A stretch of 64,000 nt of DNA from Flectonema sp. DT1601 (lineage: Eukaryota): positions 1-64,000 of the forward strand of contig OZ025784.1 in assembly GCA_964019425.1 (NCBI GenBank), written 5' to 3'. Under the pieces are notes generated by a model that was not told where the DNA came from, did not search any database, and worked only from the letters and a program-made list of their open reading frames with translations. Position 1 is the stretch's first letter, and each line of letters starts with the position of its first letter. The translations under genes and the position numbers were made by a program. Shown one piece after another: positions 9,862 to 19,042 of the stretch.

Positions 9862-10095
9862 GATATCCCAGGGGTAGTGGTATAACCCTCGCCCTGGGGC
9901 TGGGTGATCGCTGGTTCGACCCCCTGCCACTGCAATAACCCATCGCGCCCGTACACGCAATTAGTTCAAATCCCGCGCCCGAAGGGCGTCCAGGGTAGGC
10001 ACCTGGTACGTTAAGACTGGAGGGAAGGGAAAATGGAAGGATTTCCATAAAGAGGCTAAGAACACACAAATAAATAAATAAATAAATAAAAAAAA
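9862..10095 (+). mobile_element. tRNA(Pro)-derived SINE-like element
   Basis: Head TAGTGGTATAACCCTCGCCCTGGG resembles the tRNA-Pro at 24868. B box GGTTCGACCCC (9913-9923), core motif CGCGCC...CGCAATTAG (from 9944), (TAAA)n/poly-A tail. The cloverleaf is degenerate. Confidence 0.6.
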
Positions 10096-10098
10096 TCC

Positions 10099-10186
10099 CA
10101 GGGCTGCACAGCCGAGTGGATACCTTAAATCTCTTAAATCTCTTCGGTAGCCGTGGCAAGGGTTCAATTCCCAGGCACATTTTTTG
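10099..10186 (+). pseudogene. Degenerate tRNA-like sequence
   Basis: A-box-like CAGCCGAGTGG, B box GGTTCAATTCCC, followed by a T run. Internal CTTAAATCT duplication; no clean cloverleaf. Confidence 0.45.
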
Positions 10187-10231
10187 TGTTTTTCAACCAG
10201 AAGAATTAGTAAGAAGAAAGTAGCAAGGAAA

Positions 10232-10300
10232 AGGGTACAAAATTGGACTTAACTTAACGCGAGCGAAGCGAGCGTAAAGTTAAGTTCAAATTTGTACCCT
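10232..10300. repeat. Inverted repeat (hairpin) with GAGCGAAGCGA loop
   Basis: GGGTACAAAATTGGACTTAACTTAACGC versus the reverse complement of the right arm, GGGTACAAATTTGAACTTAACTTTACGC (25/28). Confidence 0.85.
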
Positions 10301-10424
10301 GGATGGGTACCTAGCCAGGGAATTAAAACAGACGTGACTTGGTTGTAAAAATAATGTTTGTTCAGAAAGCTTAAAAAAAAAAAGTTGTGTGCGAGCAACG
10401 CGAGCCTGGAAGGGGTATCTCTAG

Positions 10425-10479
10425 TGCGGGTTTGCGGGTTTGCGGGTTTGCGGGTTTGCGGGTTTGCGGGTTTGCGGGT
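10425..10479 (+). repeat. Short interstitial (TTTGCGGG)n array
   Basis: About 7 units, same orientation as the long arrays. Confidence 0.93.
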
Positions 10480-10632
10480 GATGTATGAATGCGTGCTAAA
10501 AATATAAACCACATCAACAGTCTTAAGCTGGTTTTACAGGTCCCACGATTACCCGTCGCCATGGCGAAGAAAAGATAAGTAAATTATAACTCATGATGGC
10601 TCACAAGGTCACGTTTTGTTTTGCTTTTTTTT

Positions 10633-10664
<32 letters not shown>

Positions 10665-10888
10665 CCCCATTTCTTTTTAACCCCTGAGTAGTATAGTAAG
10701 CTCGTTCGCAGTGTTCCCTGGGCACGCATTGGTTCTTTTCTTTTGCCTCACCCTTTTTTTTTTTTTTTTTTTTTTCCTTTCACTTTTTTTCACATGTTCC
10801 TTCTTCCTAGTCGTCGTCTTCTTCGTTACCTGAGCATGACCGTGTTAGGCTCCCTGTTCCTACTCTCCTCTTGTTTCCAAACACTTGC

Positions 10889-11106
10889 TTTTTTTGAGTG
10901 TTTCACTACTGTGTTTCTCCTTCTTTTTGTTACTACTATAATTGCTTAGGCGCTGCCCTTACTGGGTGGCCGTTCACTTTTTCGAGACAATGGGGGATGC
11001 GACACGGAAACTGATTGCGCTGTGAGGCGCGGTGCGTACAGCGGGGTTCGAACCGAGGCCGATTGGGTGCGGGGGCACCACCCCATCCACTGCACTATGA
11101 CGCCCC
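10889..11106 (-). mobile_element. tRNA-derived SINE-like element, copy 1 (left direct repeat of LINE-A)
   Basis: Minus strand: A box TAGTGCAGTGG, B box GGTTCGAACCC, body, poly-A tail (T run at 10889-10895). Matches 18513-18730. Confidence 0.75.
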
Positions 11107-11185
11107 TGTATTTTTGAGTGACGAAGAAAGAAGTTTCCATTTTATCTTCCCGAAAAAAAAGAAAAAAGTTTTGGGACCACACAAA

Positions 11186-14100
11186 ATGCCTCCACGCGGC
11201 GGTCTCGGACGGCAGAGACCGACTAAATTTTGCAACCAGATGGGAGGTGAAGTACTCTCACGGAAGGAAAGGAACCGGAAAGCACACACAGAGAACGGGA
11301 ACGGTAAGAAAGACAGGAAGACGAGCGTAGACACGAAGGAACGAGACGAGTTGAGGGAGAGACTCGCACGGGATGGCCTAAGAAGGCTGGATCGGGACGA
11401 AGACAGGAAGAAGGACGAGAAGGTCCTCAAGAAAAAACAGGCAGAGCAGGAAGAAGAGAAGAACGAACTGCTGCAACAACAAGAGCTCCTCTGCAAACAA
11501 CAGAGTGAGCTAGAAGTTAACTTCCAGAAGAAACAGGAAGAGTTATTCCAAAAGCAACAGCTTGAGGAAGTACTGACTAACCATCAGCAGCAACAACTTG
11601 TCAACCAGAAACAACTGGACCATCAACAGCAACAAAACCAGGAACATCTGCATCAACAACAGAAGGCTCTTACTCAGTACGAAGATGAACTCTGTCTGAA
11701 GCAACAACAGCAAGAACAGCAACTTAGCCATCAAGTCAAAAAGCAGCAGGAAATCCAACAGCAGCAGCAACAGCAACTTGATCAACAAGTCCAACAACAG
11801 CAGGATAAGCATATACAACAGCAACAACAACTTGAGCATCAAGTCCAACAACAACATCAAAACCAACAACATAGCCAAGAGTTGTTAAACCAACAACAAC
11901 AAGAACTGCTACAATATAAAGCAGACCTACAACAGAAGCAGGAACAAATCCTGATCCAACAACAGCAGCTCGAACAGCAGCACAGCAAGGAGAAGGCTGT
12001 CGAGGATGAATCTCTCCGAAGAAGAAGATGCCAACTCGAAGAAGACCAACGCCAACAACAACAAGAACAGTCCAGGATTCAACAGAATCTGCAACTGCAA
12101 CAGGTTAGCCTGGAGGAAAAACAACAGCTGCTTCAACATCAACTTAATGTGGAGTTGGAAAAGGGCAAACTGGACCAGCAGCAACAACAACAGAGACGGG
12201 AAGAAATCAAAAAGCAGGAAGATGACCTTGAGCATCAACGACCCCAACTACAACGCCAGCAGGAGGACGAGATGGAGAAGGGTAGGAAGGAACTCCAGTG
12301 TCTCAGGAACAAGCTAGACATGGAGTTCGAACAACAGAAGCTGTGTAGCCATCAACTCCAACAACAACAAGAAAAGGAGAAAGAACAAGGGAGGAAGGAA
12401 CTGCTCCAACTTCAACGGGAGCTTGGAAAGGAGTTCGAACAGCAGCAACAAGAAGACCAGAAGTCAAAGCTAGATCTGGAACTTCAAGAAGGAAAACTGC
12501 GACAACAGCAACAGAAGCTCCAACCCCAACAAAGCAGCCTACGTCAGCAAACGCATGCAATAAGCCAACCTCCGGTTTATTACATGCAGCACCAGCCTTA
12601 TGCACCGATGCATCAAAGGCAACCGTACCCGCCGGTACCTCCGCAACAACAGGGAATTGAACAACTCCGACTGGAGCTCCAGAAGGAGAGAGAAGAGAAG
12701 GGTGAGCTGAGGAAGTTGCTCATGGAACTCCAGACTCAGCTGAAAGAACTGAGACAGGAGTTGACCTCATCGAGAGCGCAGAGAAGCGAAGAAGTGAATG
12801 AGGTCGTAGTAGCCCCGAGCCAACCACCAGTGGGGATTGCCAACTTAGTGAACGGGTTGACCTACTCTCGCTCCTACGGCCTCACCACTGATGAATCGAA
12901 GGTCAGATCAGCTGTACAGAGGAACTGCACATCCGAGTGGGAATCACTTGAAAAGAAAGCGACGCAGTCGATGAAAGCTGTTGAAAAAGCCAGACGTCTC
13001 TGGGAGAAAACCAACAAGAAGGAGAGGGAAGTGTTGAACTCCTGGGGCCTGAGGGAAGTTGATTGGAACATTCCGGTCACGAAGTTTGAGGAGGTATCGA
13101 AAGGGAATCAAGGAGTAGCCCTTGCGACGCCTTCAGAGGCAAGAGATCTTCTGGGGATGAAGCCGGAGGTTCCTGCATGGAAAACGTGCAGCGTGGTAAC
13201 GCTAGACCAAGTGAATGGACAAGGAAGAAGGGAACACGTGCTATTATCGAGCAAGGATGGAAACAAGGTACATCGCATCTTCATTCATGACCTGGGTGAG
13301 GCGGCTCTACCAAAGGGTAAGCGGGGTATTAAATCGGTGAAGGCAATAGTGACCGCTCCTAAAAGAAGGTGGAAGGATGATAAGTGGCTTGAGTTAGCGA
13401 GTAAGCCCGAGCACCTCATCACAAAAGAAATGAAGGACACACCCGGCTTCATGGAAGCGTACAACTTCAGGGTAACGAAGAGTACGGTGTCGGCGGTCAT
13501 CCGACTGAGGAAACCCGGGGCAGTTGAACTGCTAAGAACCTCCGGAAAGGATGAGAGATTCTTGTGGATACAAGACGAAGGGGAGGCTCCGAAGGATACA
13601 GTTATTTGGCTTCAGGACGAGTGCTCTTTGAAGGAGGCAGTTGAACACCCTGATTCCCTGGAATCGTTGGGATTAGTCGAAAACCCTAAAGGTTTTGGTA
13701 TCAGAGTTTCACCGGAGCTGGAAGATGTAACCAGGGAAAAACTGGGAATCCCTGCAAAGCTCCCTGAATTAGAAATCTCGGGAATTCCATTAGATGTACT
13801 TCCCCGTGAAGCGGTAGCGCTGCTGGCGAAGGATGGGTGGCATGTGAGAGCAACCGTGGATGGAGTAAGGACTGGATACAGATGGATGAGGGTGCGTGCT
13901 GAAGTGCCGGATGACGACACGGTATTAATCGACGGTAGGGCATGTACGGTTGAGGTAGTTCAAAGACAAAATCGTAAGAAGCGCCAAGCTGCTAAAGAGG
14001 TGGATGCGAAGGAGAAAACTCAGCCAACATCAACTGCAGAGAGCACACCGGAAAAAGGCCTTACCCCGCCGGAGAAGAGACGTGATCCAACAGAGGGGGA

Positions 14101-14347
14101 GGCCTCTAATCGTTGCTACTTGCGAGCAGAATTCTTATCCTTTCATGGTAAGGGGAAGGGAAAGAGACTCTGGCGGGAAGCGGGTGTGAAGATTGAGGAG
14201 AGGAAAGGAGCCTTGAAGGAAGTAGGTCCTGTAGAGCAGGTTGTGATAAAGAAAACTGTGAAGAAGTCGACGGCTGAACAGGATACGATGGAACGAAGGA
14301 TGGATCGTTTAGAGATGCTGATGACGAGATTCTTGGAAGGTAAATGA
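11186..14347 (+). CDS. LINE-A ORF1, Gln/Glu-rich coiled-coil protein
   Basis: Open frame from 11015; likely ATG at 11186 (MPPRGG). Long Q-rich coiled coil, then a domain similar to LINE-B ORF1 (LLRTSGKD...VIWL...EAV...LGLV...GIRV...ISGIP). Confidence 0.82.
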   Translation: MPPRGGLGRQRPTKFCNQMGGEVLSRKERNRKAHTENGNGKKDRKTSVDTKERDELRERLARDGLRRLDRDEDRKKDEKVLKKKQAEQEEEKNELLQQQELLCKQQSELEVNFQKKQEELFQKQQLEEVLTNHQQQQLVNQKQLDHQQQQNQEHLHQQQKALTQYEDELCLKQQQQEQQLSHQVKKQQEIQQQQQQQLDQQVQQQQDKHIQQQQQLEHQVQQQHQNQQHSQELLNQQQQELLQYKADLQQKQEQILIQQQQLEQQHSKEKAVEDESLRRRRCQLEEDQRQQQQEQSRIQQNLQLQQVSLEEKQQLLQHQLNVELEKGKLDQQQQQQRREEIKKQEDDLEHQRPQLQRQQEDEMEKGRKELQCLRNKLDMEFEQQKLCSHQLQQQQEKEKEQGRKELLQLQRELGKEFEQQQQEDQKSKLDLELQEGKLRQQQQKLQPQQSSLRQQTHAISQPPVYYMQHQPYAPMHQRQPYPPVPPQQQGIEQLRLELQKEREEKGELRKLLMELQTQLKELRQELTSSRAQRSEEVNEVVVAPSQPPVGIANLVNGLTYSRSYGLTTDESKVRSAVQRNCTSEWESLEKKATQSMKAVEKARRLWEKTNKKEREVLNSWGLREVDWNIPVTKFEEVSKGNQGVALATPSEARDLLGMKPEVPAWKTCSVVTLDQVNGQGRREHVLLSSKDGNKVHRIFIHDLGEAALPKGKRGIKSVKAIVTAPKRRWKDDKWLELASKPEHLITKEMKDTPGFMEAYNFRVTKSTVSAVIRLRKPGAVELLRTSGKDERFLWIQDEGEAPKDTVIWLQDECSLKEAVEHPDSLESLGLVENPKGFGIRVSPELEDVTREKLGIPAKLPELEISGIPLDVLPREAVALLAKDGWHVRATVDGVRTGYRWMRVRAEVPDDDTVLIDGRACTVEVVQRQNRKKRQAAKEVDAKEKTQPTSTAESTPEKGLTPPEKRRDPTEGEASNRCYLRAEFLSFHGKGKGKRLWREAGVKIEERKGALKEVGPVEQVVIKKTVKKSTAEQDTMERRMDRLEMLMTRFLEGK

Positions 14348-14380
14348 CGGCACGTAGATGGAAGGAACTGGGCTGAGACT

Positions 14381-14432
14381 CGAAGACGCCTCTTGCTGAT
14401 AGCAGGGGGACGTTGAACGAAACCCAGGGCCG
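14381..14432 (+). other. 2A-like (StopGo) ribosomal skipping peptide
   Basis: GDVERNPGP is in the ORF2 frame (14406-14432). RRRLLLIAG lies directly before it, one nucleotide out of frame at the G5 run (14405-14409). Confidence 0.85.
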
Positions 14433-17400
14433 AATAGGAGAAAGGATGGTCCTTCTTGCAAACTGAATGTAATCAGTTGGAATTGTCGCACCATCTCGAA
14501 CAAAATGGAGTTCATTGGACACATCCTGAGTAAGCTTGACCCCGACGTACTTTGCCTTCAGGAGACTTCTTGCAGGATGGCATTGTTTCATTGGAACTAC
14601 GTTTGCTACAGGAGGGATAGGCCAGGAAGGGGAGGTGGCCTGATCACTTTAATAAAACGAGGAATTCAACATGATTGCTTTGATATCTCCATACCGTCGA
14701 TGAGAGGAACCGTCGAGTCGATGGGGGTCAGAATTAACGAAGACGTAAGTATTCTCAACATCTACTCCCCACCGAGCTCGAGGATAAATTTTGAACTATT
14801 CTCCCTGAAACGTGTTGGCAAGTTCATTCTCGCTGGTGACTTCAACGCACACCATAGGTACTGGTCCAAGAAAACCGACGTAAAAGGATGTGACCTTCTC
14901 AACTGGACAGGGCAAGAGGACCTCCTGATTGCGAACCCGCCAGGTCTAGCGACACTGCCGAGACATGGGACCTCGCCCGATCTGATCCTGCACCACGAGG
15001 AGATTCAACTGCTTAACTTTGAGCTGGTAGGTGAAGGAATTGAGCACGGTTCAGATCATTCACCACTCTCTGCTACCTTCGATACACTCTCACCCCTTGA
15101 GCCTTCGGGCAACCACGCGACGAAGAGATCGGTCTGGGACTTCAATACAGCTGATTGGTACTCATATGAACATGAACTAGACTACAGGTTTGGAAAGGTA
15201 AACAACTCTGCGAGCATTGGGAGAAGAGCGGTAACGTTCAACAGAATCGTTCTTGGAGTAGCGAAGAGGTACGTTAGGAGAAGGCTTCGGATCAAAGGGA
15301 AGAGAAGAAGAATGTGGAACGCTTCCACCCCTGATACCAAGCGTGCGAAGGGAAAATTTATCGCTGAACGGCTAGCAAAAGGTGAAGGCTTTGCATATGC
15401 GTTCAAAAAGATAAAGGACCTTGAGACGGATGAAGGACGTGAAATTCACATTCCGGAGTTTGACGAGAACCAACTACCTGCGAAGTTCTTGGAACAATTT
15501 GTTAAGACCCCGACAAAACGTAAACTAGGACCTCCGAATACGAAGAGCAGCGACTTCGCCAAAATCGGAGGGAATCTAACAATGACTGAACTGAAGCGAG
15601 CCATCAAGAAGGTAAGGCCCGGGAAAGCACCAGGTCCAGATGGAATCCATGGGATAATGTTGAAGAACTTATCGGTGATAGGAATGGATTTCCTCCTGGC
15701 GTTATTCAATGAATCGTGGCCAACGTCAAAGGTACCGAGGATCTGGAAGGAGGGTCTTATCAAGCCAGTTTACAAACCAGGAAAGCCAAAAGATAAGATC
15801 GCAAGTTTCAGACCGATCACGTTGACCTCGGTGGTGGGTAAAGTACTTGAAAGAGTGATTTATGATAGGTTGATGTATTGGCTTACCCAGAACAATGCCC
15901 TGTCGTCTATCCAGGCGGGTTTTAGAAGAGGAAGGAATACGTGTGAGCAGATTTCAATGTTAGTCAACGCTCTTCATGAGGCCAGTGAAAAGAACAAGAG
16001 CTCTGTTCTGCTGTCGTTCGACTTCACGGAAGCATTTGATAGAATTAATCATGAGAAACTGATCAAGAAGATGAAGAACATGCGTATTCCCTCCCCGTTC
16101 ATTGCATGGGTAGTTGACTTCCTGAAGGGCAGGCAGGCAAGAGTGAGTGCGAATGGCAACCTTAGCTCCTACAGAACGGTAACGAGGGGGGTTCCCCAAG
16201 GATCGATTATCGGTCCGCTGCTATACCTGATTTATGTTGATGACCTGGCGAAGTTGTTGGAGAAGACTGGCTCAGTTTCGGCTCTTTATGCAGATGACAC
16301 CGCTTGTGTAGTCTCTGATAAGGACGTTAATTTAACCAATAAGAAGGCGCAATGGATCCTTGGACTTGTGGATAGCTGGTGCAAAACCAATGATATGGCA
16401 CTGTCCGTCTCTAAGACATGTGGTATGCCTGTGCGCTGCCCGAAGGATATCTACTGGAGACTGGGCTTCCCCAGGACTGCAAAGGATAATTATTACGTTG
16501 TAAGCAGGGGGGATCTAGCTAAGATGATCAGACCGAATGAGTTTGGAAGGCCAATTCTGGGTAGTGGAGAAACCATTCTCAAGGTGGATGATACCGAAGT
16601 TGCTAATACGAAGGACCTGCTTGCAATTTTTCCTGATGGATCAAGTAAGCTGAGAGTAAAGTTGTTAACCGCAGTACTGATGCCGATGGTAGACAGCGTT
16701 AAATACCTGGGGGTGCACATTGATGGTGATTTATCTTATGGAACACAGGTCGGAAAGATGCTGGATGAGACCAGGAAGGGTCTTGCACTCCTGGGGAAAC
16801 TAGAACAGTATGATTTTGATTTTAAGACGCTGTGCATGGTCAAGAACCTGTACATACTTTCAAGGCTGTCATATGGGCTGGAGAGCTTCGGCCCTTTCCT
16901 ATCTGAGGGTCAGATTGATCTTGTGGACTTGAATCTGAAGAAGATTGCGAGAAGGATAACGGGTTGCAGCATCTACACCAGGTCTCTCCCACTGCTCTTG
17001 GAGGCGAACATGCTCCCTTTGAAACTGATAATAGAAAAACAGGCCAGAACTGCCCTGTTTAGATATAGATCGCTGAAGTGGGTACGTTCGACGAACCGAA
17101 TAGCGAAAGGATTCTGGAGTTCTAAGTTGCCGCAGGAAGATTGTAACATCGCCCTCCAAGGAATAGTTCAACCTGACAGCATCGAACCCTGGGCGGATGT
17201 ACCAAATCTAGAGATATCCTGTGGGTATGGTCATAACAAGACCGGTGATGCAGATGTGGATAGGAACAAATTTGAGGAATACTGCAGGGACCTAGTCCCT
17301 TGCAACTCGGCTATATATGTGGACGGCTCACATGATCCTGCTAACTACACTGCGGGTGCGGCAGCAGTACAGGTCTCACCAACTGAGAGAACGATGTCGT

Positions 17401-18236
17401 CAAGACTTGTAGCTACTGAAAGCAGCTACAAGGCTGAACAAGTAACACTCAAACTGCTGATGAGAGAAATTGGCAAAGCTGACTCGATCTTGGGTCCCAG
17501 GTCAGGTATTACCAGAATCTTCAGTGACTCGAAATCCAACCTGGAGGAACTCAATGGAGGGATTGTTGCCCAGAGGAAGTTGAACTCTCTGTTAATACTG
17601 GAAAGCATTAGGGATCTGAAGACACAGGTGCATCTCCAGTTTATCCCGGCCCATGTGGGGATTGAACCACACGATAAGGCTGATAAGCTGGCCAAAGAAG
17701 TCTCGAAGGATGCCGAAAGTAAACCGGTCTCAACGACCATGGATTTCTTCGCCCACAAATCAAGGGTAGCAAGGGAGTCTCACAGGAAGTTGATAGGAAA
17801 GATGATGGAAGCCTCCGAGAAGGCAAAGCCTCCAATGAAACGGGTGATGCTCAGACAGTATCTGGAGGCGACCGGAGGATTGAGAACTGCCAGATATCCG
17901 AAAGACATGCTGAGGGCTTCGGAAGTAAGAATTGCACAATTCAGAACGGGTTCACACCCCTTGCTGAGAGACAAAGGCGTACAACTGAAGTGCCCTTTTT
18001 GTAGACGGACGGACTCATCACCTAGACACTTGATGTTTAACTGCATGAACTCTGCTCTGGTACGCATCAGAAATGGAACAATTGGATCTGTCATGGAAGA
18101 AGCGAAGATTTCAAAGAAGGAACACAGCCTGCTATTTATGTTCGCTACGAGGAACTTACATTCCCTCGCTGGCTTCATATGGCATTTAGAACAATGGACG
18201 GCAACAAGCTGTTATCAGAAGTTACTATCTTTTTAG
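14403..18236 (+). CDS. LINE-A ORF2: AP endonuclease, reverse transcriptase, RNase H, C-terminal Cys/His motif
   Basis: The frame is open from 14403 and includes ISWNCR upstream of the ATG at 14505. Motifs LCLQET, GDFNAH, SDHSP, KAPGPDG, FRPITL, GVPQGS, YADD, KYLGV, YVDGS, FSDS, FIPAH, CPFC...H...C. Confidence 0.93.
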   Translation, partial: QGDVERNPGPNRRKDGPSCKLNVISWNCRTISNKMEFIGHILSKLDPDVLCLQETSCRMALFHWNYVCYRRDRPGRGGGLITLIKRGIQHDCFDISIPSMRGTVESMGVRINEDVSILNIYSPPSSRINFELFSLKRVGKFILAGDFNAHHRYWSKKTDVKGCDLLNWTGQEDLLIANPPGLATLPRHGTSPDLILHHEEIQLLNFELVGEGIEHGSDHSPLSATFDTLSPLEPSGNHATKRSVWDFNTADWYSYEHELDYRFGKVNNSASIGRRAVTFNRIVLGVAKRYVRRRLRIKGKRRRMWNASTPDTKRAKGKFIAERLAKGEGFAYAFKKIKDLETDEGREIHIPEFDENQLPAKFLEQFVKTPTKRKLGPPNTKSSDFAKIGGNLTMTELKRAIKKVRPGKAPGPDGIHGIMLKNLSVIGMDFLLALFNESWPTSKVPRIWKEGLIKPVYKPGKPKDKIASFRPITLTSVVGKVLERVIYDRLMYWLTQNNALSSIQAGFRRGRNTCEQISMLVNALHEASEKNKSSVLLSFDFTEAFDRINHEKLIKKMKNMRIPSPFIAWVVDFLKGRQARVSANGNLSSYRTVTRGVPQGSIIGPLLYLIYVDDLAKLLEKTGSVSALYADDTACVVSDKDVNLTNKKAQWILGLVDSWCKTNDMALSVSKTCGMPVRCPKDIYWRLGFPRTAKDNYYVVSRGDLAKMIRPNEFGRPILGSGETILKVDDTEVANTKDLLAIFPDGSSKLRVKLLTAVLMPMVDSVKYLGVHIDGDLSYGTQVGKMLDETRKGLALLGKLEQYDFDFKTLCMVKNLYILSRLSYGLESFGPFLSEGQIDLVDLNLKKIARRITGCSIYTRSLPLLLEANMLPLKLIIEKQARTALFRYRSLKWVRSTNRIAKGFWSSKLPQEDCNIALQGIVQPDSIEPWADVPNLEISCGYGHNKTGDADVDRNKFEEYCRDLVPCNSAIYVDGSHDPANYTAGAAAVQVSPTERTMSSRLVATESSYKAEQVTLKLLMREIGKADSILGPRSGITRIFSDSKSNLEELNGGIVAQRKLNSLLILESIRDLKTQVHLQFIPAHVGIEPHDKADKLAKEVSKDAESKPVSTTMDFFAHKSRVARESHRKLIGKMMEASEKAKPPMKRVMLRQYLEATGGLRTARYPKDMLRASEVRIAQFRTGSHPLLRDKGVQLKCPFCRRTDSSPRHLMFNCMNSALVRIRNGTIGSVMEEAKISKKEHSLLFMFATRNLHSLAGFIWHLEQWTATSCYQKLLSF

Positions 18237-18512
18237 TATATATCATACTCATACATCACTCCTAATTCATCTCCTAATAACTCTCTGAGGACATCCGTAG
18301 AGCTTCATAGCTCGCAGGTAACCCAGTGGTCTTTGGCCACCGTCTCCGTATTGATCATTCGCTTTGTACTTACAGTGTCGTGAGCTTCCTATCCGGGGAA
18401 GTCCTCCAACGGACTCACAACAGTTGCACTCGTTGTTGCTTATTTACTTAGTTAAAAAATAAGAAGAGCGAGTATGCTCAGAAAGAATAAAAACAAAGTA
18501 GAAAGATTTTTT

Positions 18513-18730
18513 TTTTTTTGAGTGTTTCACTACTGTGTTTCTCCTTCTTTTTGTTACTACTATAATTGCTTAGGCGCTGCCCTTACTGGGTGGCCGTTCA
18601 CTTTTTCGAGACAATGGGGGATGCGACACGGAAACTGATTGCGCTGTGAGGCGCGGTGCGTACAGCGGGGTTCGAACCGAGGCCGATTGGGTGCGGGGGC
18701 ACCACCCCATCCACTGCACTATGACGCCCC
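18513..18730 (-). mobile_element. tRNA-derived SINE-like element, copy 2 (right direct repeat of LINE-A)
   Basis: Matches 10889-11106 at offset 7624; the T run here is longer (18507-18519). Confidence 0.75.
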
Positions 18731-19042
18731 CAAAAGACAGGGGGGATGTTTTTTTTTTTTTTTTTTTTTGTGTGCACCACGACCCGTGAGTCTGTGATGC
18801 TGATTGCGCTGTTAGGCGCGGTTGTTCTTTTTCTTTCTTTCTTTTTTACTTTCTTTGTTTTGGGGGTTGGGGGTGGGGATCCCGTAGGCTTCGTATCTCC
18901 TTTCTTTGTTTTGATAACTTAAAACTAATACTACAGAGTAAATTGTCCACTTGGACGTCTTCGGATGTGTTGCTAAATTGCCATCGGTACTTCCTAGTCT
19001 TGTAGGCTGCGGTCTTGATCTTGACATTTGTCGATTATAAGA

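Larger units (their letters stand above)
11107..18506 (+). mobile_element. Full-length non-LTR retrotransposon LINE-A (APE-RT-RNaseH, I/ingi-like group)
   Basis: ORF1, ORF2 and a ~270-nt 3' UTR with an A-rich end, bracketed by 218-bp direct repeats. Exact ends inferred from the repeats. Confidence 0.88.

Noticed and set aside
10681..11185. HDV-like or hammerhead ribozyme at LINE 5' ends, as in L1Tc/ingi
   Set aside because: I could not assemble the required pseudoknot or a CUGAUGA/GAAA core by eye; a motif search would be needed.
11015..11185. ORF-track N-terminal extension of LINE-A ORF1 (likewise 24790-24858 for LINE-B)
   Set aside because: These start at non-ATG codons and run through SINE or AT-rich leader sequence; the downstream ATGs are more plausible.
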